Source of the DNA: an uncultured Parachlamydiaceae bacterium
Lineage (GTDB): Bacteria > Chlamydiota > Chlamydiia > Chlamydiales > Parachlamydiaceae
Length of the DNA: 64,000 nucleotides
NCBI GenBank assembly: GCA_963742415.1
Contig: CAVULX010000002.1
Span: 220,098 to 284,097 of the forward strand
Direction of reading: 5' to 3'
Made by a program: the position numbers and the translations under genes. Shown piece by piece: positions 58,636-64,000 of this stretch. Every line of letters begins with the position of its first letter. Positions within the stretch are counted from its first letter, which is position 1. The notes below the pieces were generated by a model. The model was not told the DNA's origin. It saw only the letters and a program-made list of their open reading frames with translations, and did not search any database.

Positions 58636-61600
58636 GATCCCCTTTTTTTTTCTTAAATTTTTCGGAAAGCCGTTCGAAAATATAGAAAAAAAGGGGAACA
58701 TACATGAGGGCCAGCGAGGATGCCCCAATCATCCCCCCAATGATCCCTGTCCCGATGGAGTGGCGCGCATTAGCCCCTGCTCCCATCGCCAAGAATAAGG
58801 GTAAAACGCCAAAGATAAAAGCAAGGGATGTCATTAAAATAGGACGCAAGCGCATCTCTCCGGCCTCAATAGCCGACTCCAAGGCTGGTTTTCCTTGGTG
58901 GGTCAAGCCGACAGCAAATTCAACGATGAGGATGGCATTTTTGGCTGCAAGGCCTACAAGCACAAGAAGGCCAATTTGGAAATAGACATCATTTTCCAGA
59001 CCCCGCAGCAAAGTCGCTATGAGGGCTCCGATCACACCGAAAGGCACCGCTGTTAAAACACAAATAGGCAGAGACCAAGATTCATATTGGGCTGCGAGGA
59101 TCAAAAAGACGATCAACAGACCGAACACGAAGGCGATTGATGAGCTTCCACCGGAGGCTTTTTCCTGCAAGGCCATCCCCGACCAAGCAAAATTATATCC
59201 TTGAGGCAAAACCTCTCGGGCGACTTTTTCCATGGCTTGGATAGCATCTCCGGAGCTGTATCCTGCAGCGGCATTTCCGGTAATTTGAGCCGCAGGAAAT
59301 CCATTGAAATGGGGCACTAGGGAAGGGCCTATCTTATAACTTGTCGTGACCATTGTCGACAAAGGGATCATCTGGTTGTTATTGGAGCGGGTATAAAGGC
59401 GTGTAATATCGCTTGGCTGCTGACGATATTGGGAGTCTGATTGAAGGATGACATTCCAGATGCGGCTATATTGTTCATATTGACTGACTTGAATGGATCC
59501 AAACTGCGCTTGCAAGGCACTGTACACATCTTCTATGGGAACGCCGAGGAGAATCGACATATCCCGATCCACATTGGCGCTGAGTTGCAGTGAGGAGGCT
59601 CGGAAAGTGCTGTTCAGACCTGTAAGTTCCGGTTGTTCCCTAGCTTTAGTCAGAAAAGCTTGGGTCATTTCATATAGCTGGGTTGGTTCCCCTGAGCCTA
59701 AATCTTGAATCCAGAACTCAAATCCGGAAGAAGTTCCTATGCCAGGAATTGCAGGGGGTGCGATGGGGATAATTAAACCCGTTTCGATGCCGCGCGTTTG
59801 AGCATAGACTGTTTGAAGGATCGCTTTGGCGTTCTCCTTGGCAGCCGTTTTAAGGGAAGCATATCGCTCTTTGAAGTCTTTCAAAGTAACGAATAGTGTC
59901 GCCATATTAGGCTGATATTGGCTGTCGATGAAACTGTAACCATTGACAATGGTCCGGTTTACGACGGCCGGATTATCGGCAAAAATTTGATCAACCCTTT
60001 CAGAAGTTTTTACAGTCCTTTCCAGGCTGGCGGAATCGGGCATGATGATTTGTGCCAATAGATACCCTTGATCTTCATTGGGAACAAAGCTGGCGGGAAT
60101 GATTTTAAAAAGATAAATGATAGCGATGGCCATGACTACGCACACTGCTAGGGCCATAACCATCCGTTTTATGATTAACTCTAAAGAACGGCCATAGGCC
60201 TTTGTCATTTTTAGAAAAGATCTGTTAAACCAAGCAAAGAACCCTTTTTCTGCCTGCTTGGAGTGTTTAAGCATCACCCCGCACATCGCCGGTGTTAAAG
60301 TCAGAGCCACAAAACCTGAAATCACCACTGATATGACAATCGTGATGGCAAATTGTTTATAGAGCTGACCGGTAGTTCCGGGAAGAAACGCCGCGGGAAT
60401 GAATACAGCCCCAAGGGCTAAAACCACCGCAATCACAGGGCCCGAGACCTCCCTCATCGCTTTGATCGAAGCTTCTTTAGGGGAAAGACCTTCAGCCATA
60501 TTCCTCTCTACATTTTCAACAACGACAATGGCATCATCCACGACCATACCGATCGCAAGGACGATGCCGAAAAGGGTTAAGAGGTTGATCGAAAAATCGA
60601 GCGCTAGCATCCCCGTAAAAGTCCCGATCAAAGAGACAAAAATGGCCACGGTGCAGATAAGAGTCGCGCGGATGTTTTGCAAAAATAAATAAACGACAAG
60701 CACCACCAAAATCACAGCTTCAAACAATGTATGAACGACTTCTTCAATGGATAAACGCACGAAGTCGGTGGTATCCAATGCAATAACATATTCTATCCCA
60801 TCCGGCATCGTCTTTTTCATCTCTTCCATCGTCTTGCGCACGGCATTGGAAACTTCCAAACCATTAGCACCAGGTTGTTGGTAAACGATGATCGGGGTAG
60901 CCGGCGCTCCATTAAAAATGTTATCGTCGATATATTGCTTTCTGCCAACTTCTGCACGTGCCACATCTCCTACACGGACAACAGCACTTCCGGGCTGAAT
61001 GGCCCTCAAAATGATGCTTTCATATTGTTTGGGATTGACGAAAGGCTCTTGAGTCACAACAGGAAAAGTCAACTGAGTTGTAGGTGCAGAGGGCTGCTGG
61101 CCAATTTGCCCAGCTCCAAAAAGCGCATTTTGGTTGGCAATAGCTTGATGAATATCTGTTGTAGTGATTCCCAAAGACGCCATCCTGTCAGGATTCATCC
61201 AAATCCGCATAGCCTGATCAGGAACTCCAAAGATCTGCGCCCGTCCAGCGCCATTAACCCTTTTGATAGCATCCAAGACGTAGACATTCGTATAAGTGGT
61301 CACATAATCCCGGCTATAACGTCCATCTTTGTTATAGATAGCAATGATCATCAAAGTGCTTGAAGACTGTTTTTGGACAGTAATCCCAAACTTTTGAACA
61401 GCTGACGGAAGTTGGGGAACCGCCAAGTTGACGCGATTTTGAACCAAGACTTGAGCAATATCGGGGTCAGTATCCAATGAAAAGTAGACCGTGATCATCA
61501 TCTGCCCGGTATTGGAGCTTGTCGATGTCATGTAAAGCATATTTTCCACCCCATTGATCTGTGCTTCAATAGGGGCTGCCACCGAATCACCTACAGTCTT

Positions 61601-61765
61601 GGCATCAGCTCCTGGATATGTTGTCAAGACTTGAATCTGAACCGGAGTGATGGTGGGGTACTGGGATACAGGCAGAGCAAACATCGAAACCAACCCCGCT
61701 ATAACAATGATCAAAGAAATAACCGTTGTAAAGATGGGCCTTTCGATAAAAAATTGAGAAAACAT
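58625..61765 (-). CDS. RND efflux permease (AcrB/HAE1 family)
   Basis: FFIERPIF, GMVVDDAIVVVENVER, AKNAILIVEFA, RLRPILMTS. Confidence 0.95.
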   Translation of the reverse strand: MFSQFFIERPIFTTVISLIIVIAGLVSMFALPVSQYPTITPVQIQVLTTYPGADAKTVGDSVAAPIEAQINGVENMLYMTSTSSNTGQMMITVYFSLDTDPDIAQVLVQNRVNLAVPQLPSAVQKFGITVQKQSSSTLMIIAIYNKDGRYSRDYVTTYTNVYVLDAIKRVNGAGRAQIFGVPDQAMRIWMNPDRMASLGITTTDIHQAIANQNALFGAGQIGQQPSAPTTQLTFPVVTQEPFVNPKQYESIILRAIQPGSAVVRVGDVARAEVGRKQYIDDNIFNGAPATPIIVYQQPGANGLEVSNAVRKTMEEMKKTMPDGIEYVIALDTTDFVRLSIEEVVHTLFEAVILVVLVVYLFLQNIRATLICTVAIFVSLIGTFTGMLALDFSINLLTLFGIVLAIGMVVDDAIVVVENVERNMAEGLSPKEASIKAMREVSGPVIAVVLALGAVFIPAAFLPGTTGQLYKQFAITIVISVVISGFVALTLTPAMCGVMLKHSKQAEKGFFAWFNRSFLKMTKAYGRSLELIIKRMVMALAVCVVMAIAIIYLFKIIPASFVPNEDQGYLLAQIIMPDSASLERTVKTSERVDQIFADNPAVVNRTIVNGYSFIDSQYQPNMATLFVTLKDFKERYASLKTAAKENAKAILQTVYAQTRGIETGLIIPIAPPAIPGIGTSSGFEFWIQDLGSGEPTQLYEMTQAFLTKAREQPELTGLNSTFRASSLQLSANVDRDMSILLGVPIEDVYSALQAQFGSIQVSQYEQYSRIWNVILQSDSQYRQQPSDITRLYTRSNNNQMIPLSTMVTTSYKIGPSLVPHFNGFPAAQITGNAAAGYSSGDAIQAMEKVAREVLPQGYNFAWSGMALQEKASGGSSSIAFVFGLLIVFLILAAQYESWSLPICVLTAVPFGVIGALIATLLRGLENDVYFQIGLLVLVGLAAKNAILIVEFAVGLTHQGKPALESAIEAGEMRLRPILMTSLAFIFGVLPLFLAMGAGANARHSIGTGIIGGMIGASSLALMYVPLFFYIFERLSEKFKKKKGDHDA

Positions 61766-61777
61766 CGTTTGAGCTTC

Positions 61778-62929
61778 CTAAGGATGACTCTGCGCTTTAA
61801 TTTCTTCCGCGTTTTGTTTCGGTTGCTTGACGTTGACAAGATCTCCGGCATGCAAAGATTGCCCTCCATCAATGACGACTTGATCTCCCGAGGCAAGCCC
61901 TTCGGTAATGATCCAATTATCCCCTTGCCAATCCCCCACAGTCACAGGTCGAAAATCGGCTTTGTCTTCTTTATTAACCACCCAAACAAATTGCCCTTTC
62001 GCTGATTGAAGGACAGCCCTTTGAGGAATAAGGATGGCATTAGGACGAATAGCACCTTCAATACGTGCTCTAACATATTGGTTTGGCCGAAGAATTCCTT
62101 TTGGATTATCCACACTTGCGCGGATGAGAAACGTCCCGGTTTGGGCATTAAAATAAGGTTCTGTGAAAGTGATCTTCCCCGTATGAGGGAAAATTTCCCC
62201 ATTGACTTGGATCACCTTGACAATATATTCACCATTTTTTGGGGGGAGAAGCTGCTTTTTTTTAACCTGATCTTGATAGGATTGGGTTTGATTTTCCGAA
62301 AGGCTGAAATTCACCCAGATAGGCGATAATGCGGAAACAGTGGTCAGTTGGCTTTCAGCTAGATTCAGATAGGTTCCATCCTGCTGTAATGCCGCACTAG
62401 TGATCCCATCGAGCGGAGATGTAATCGTGCAATACGAAAGATTCAATAATGCTGTTTCCAGTTGGGCTTGAGCTTGTTCTACGGAGGCACTGCTAGTTAA
62501 ATAAGATCCCATCGCATCATCGAGGTCTTTCTGTGAAAGGGCTTTTAATTCAGCAAGAGGTTTGACCCGAGCTAAGTTTAACCGTGCCGTTTCAGCGGCG
62601 GCCTTTTGCCTTTCAAGCGCTGCTTTTGCCGCATCCACTTGTGTTTGGAATGGCTTTTTGTCCATTAGGAAGAGCACTTGTCCTTCCTTAACCATCTCCC
62701 CTTCCGTATAGACACGTTTATCAAGAAAACCGCTCACCCTCGCTTGGATGTTGACCATGTGCGAGCTTTGCGTTTGAGCCACATATTCGAAAGTCACCGG
62801 CACATCCCCGGCTTCAACAATGATCGTTGCCACCTCATGCACTTTTTGTGTCATAGAGCCGTTGTCTTGCTTTTCTCCGCATCCAAGCAAAAGTAAAGAA
62901 AGAAAAAAAATGACTTGCTTTGCCTTCAT
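61778..62929 (-). CDS. RND membrane fusion protein (AcrA family)
   Basis: Lipobox LLGC; IQARVSGFL; ITSPLDG; LIPQRAV. Confidence 0.92.
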   Translation of the reverse strand: MKAKQVIFFLSLLLLGCGEKQDNGSMTQKVHEVATIIVEAGDVPVTFEYVAQTQSSHMVNIQARVSGFLDKRVYTEGEMVKEGQVLFLMDKKPFQTQVDAAKAALERQKAAAETARLNLARVKPLAELKALSQKDLDDAMGSYLTSSASVEQAQAQLETALLNLSYCTITSPLDGITSAALQQDGTYLNLAESQLTTVSALSPIWVNFSLSENQTQSYQDQVKKKQLLPPKNGEYIVKVIQVNGEIFPHTGKITFTEPYFNAQTGTFLIRASVDNPKGILRPNQYVRARIEGAIRPNAILIPQRAVLQSAKGQFVWVVNKEDKADFRPVTVGDWQGDNWIITEGLASGDQVVIDGGQSLHAGDLVNVKQPKQNAEEIKAQSHP

Positions 62930-63375
62930 TATAATTCCGATAAATGCTTTTCTATTGTCGTAATATTGCAATGTGTTAACTCCTTGGCCAATTCTGCGAC
63001 AATCGTTTTCTGTGTTTCTTGATTGATATGCTGGCGAAGCAAGCCTAGAAAGGAGGGTTCAGCCATGACATAAAGACGCTGAAATTCCCCTTTTTGCTTA
63101 GCTGTGGAAAGAAAATTCGCAAGATGTACGGCAAATCTGACAGCTTCCATATGTTTTGGATCAGTCTCTTGTTGATAGGCATGTCTTGTGCTTCCCCCAC
63201 TTTGAAAACCACGTCCCGGTTTTGTGGAGATTAAATCTTGATTATGTAACCGGCTTTCAGGGTGTTCAAGGAAGGAGATTTCTTCAATTTTAGGGAATTT
63301 CAATAACCGGTAGACCTTCGCTTGGCAGTTATCAGCAACAACAATCCATGTCAATGGATGGTTTTTGTTTGGCAT
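62929..63375 (-). CDS. Host-attachment (baeRF1-like) family protein
   Basis: TWIVVAD..A; PGRGF; RLYVMAEPSFLGLLR. Confidence 0.8.
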   Translation of the reverse strand: MPNKNHPLTWIVVADNCQAKVYRLLKFPKIEEISFLEHPESRLHNQDLISTKPGRGFQSGGSTRHAYQQETDPKHMEAVRFAVHLANFLSTAKQKGEFQRLYVMAEPSFLGLLRQHINQETQKTIVAELAKELTHCNITTIEKHLSEL

Positions 63376-63387
63376 ATAATTCTCCTT

Positions 63388-63974
63388 TTAACTTGTCTTT
63401 GAAGAAGCTTGAGCCAATTCATCTAAGGCTATGTTAAGCATCAGCACATTAACACGAGATTCCCCTATGAATCGCAAGCTTGCTTTTAATGTCATCTTAT
63501 CAATGAGATTTTTAACTTGCTCTTTTTTTATTCCTCTTGCTTTAAAGCAATTCGCTCGCTTTGAAAATAAGCCGTTGAAGGGGTAATGTGGGGGTCGAGT
63601 CCACTTCCTGAAGCAAATAAAAGTTCAGCCGGGGCTGTGCCTTGGTTCCCGTTAGCATTTAGAATTTTTTTCTTTCTCTTCTTCCTCTCTACCCTCTTTT
63701 TCAATTCGGTACTTATAAATCCTAAGTTGCTTCCTCCTGAAGGAAGCGGGTTGTAATCATTGGCCGAAGGGCGGGGCCAAAAATACCGTTCACTTTCGAA
63801 TTTTTGAGCAATGAGGACAGCTCCCACTTTTTTTCCTTTAAGCGAAATAAAATCTCCATCAGCTTTTTGCTTCATTGTCAATTGAGCAATACCGGTGATC
63901 AACAAGGGATACAACAAGCCTGTAAGCAAAATCATCCAAATAAACATCTGAATATTGTGAATCATTTGTTTCAT
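63388..63974 (-). CDS. kdpC: K+-transporting ATPase subunit C, frameshift near 63540
   Basis: YFWPRPSA, SGGSNLG, SGSGLDPHI; alternate frame continues ARGI..GESRVNVLMLNIALD to a stop at 63388. Confidence 0.88.
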
Positions 63975-64000
63975 GGATTCGATTCCTCTGTACCGTATAA

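Overview
Chromosomal DNA from an environmental Chlamydiota bacterium (Parachlamydiales-like). The main evidence is a DnaA whose N-terminus ([22 protein letters not shown]) matches the chlamydial DnaA2 paralog, plus F-box and effector-like genes. The left arm (1-24.7 kb) holds a ClpB-like fragment, a macrodomain-like effector candidate, three SAM methyltransferases, an S9 peptidase, two exported sulfotransferases, a decayed higBA, rsmB, an orphan MNIO (DUF692)/DUF2063 pair, a PseC-like aminotransferase, dnaA, corA and a MoxR/DUF58 operon. The right arm (48.8-64 kb) holds tsaC/sua5, sufBCDS, dipZ, an RND pump and a frameshifted kdpC. Between them is a ~23 kb composite accessory region sitting inside an old gene-pair duplication. 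Its core is an 18.4 kb integrative element bounded by 36-bp direct repeats from the 3' half of tRNA-Thr(CGT), with matching integrase arm-type repeats. That element has a satellite (PICI-like) backbone of integrase, xis-like gene and primase-helicase but no capsid or transfer genes. Its cargo is defence-type: a 1464-aa HNH-NACHT protein, higBA, a Cys-containing PD-(D/E)XK + GIY-YIG pair and a yeeABC-like MTase-helicase-nuclease operon. Next to it is a second decayed element with an ABC-ATPase + TOPRIM-like pair and a tailed-phage terminase remnant. Several frameshifts (integrase, helicase, kdpC) may be sequencing errors. All family assignments are by motif reading only; no database searches were run.
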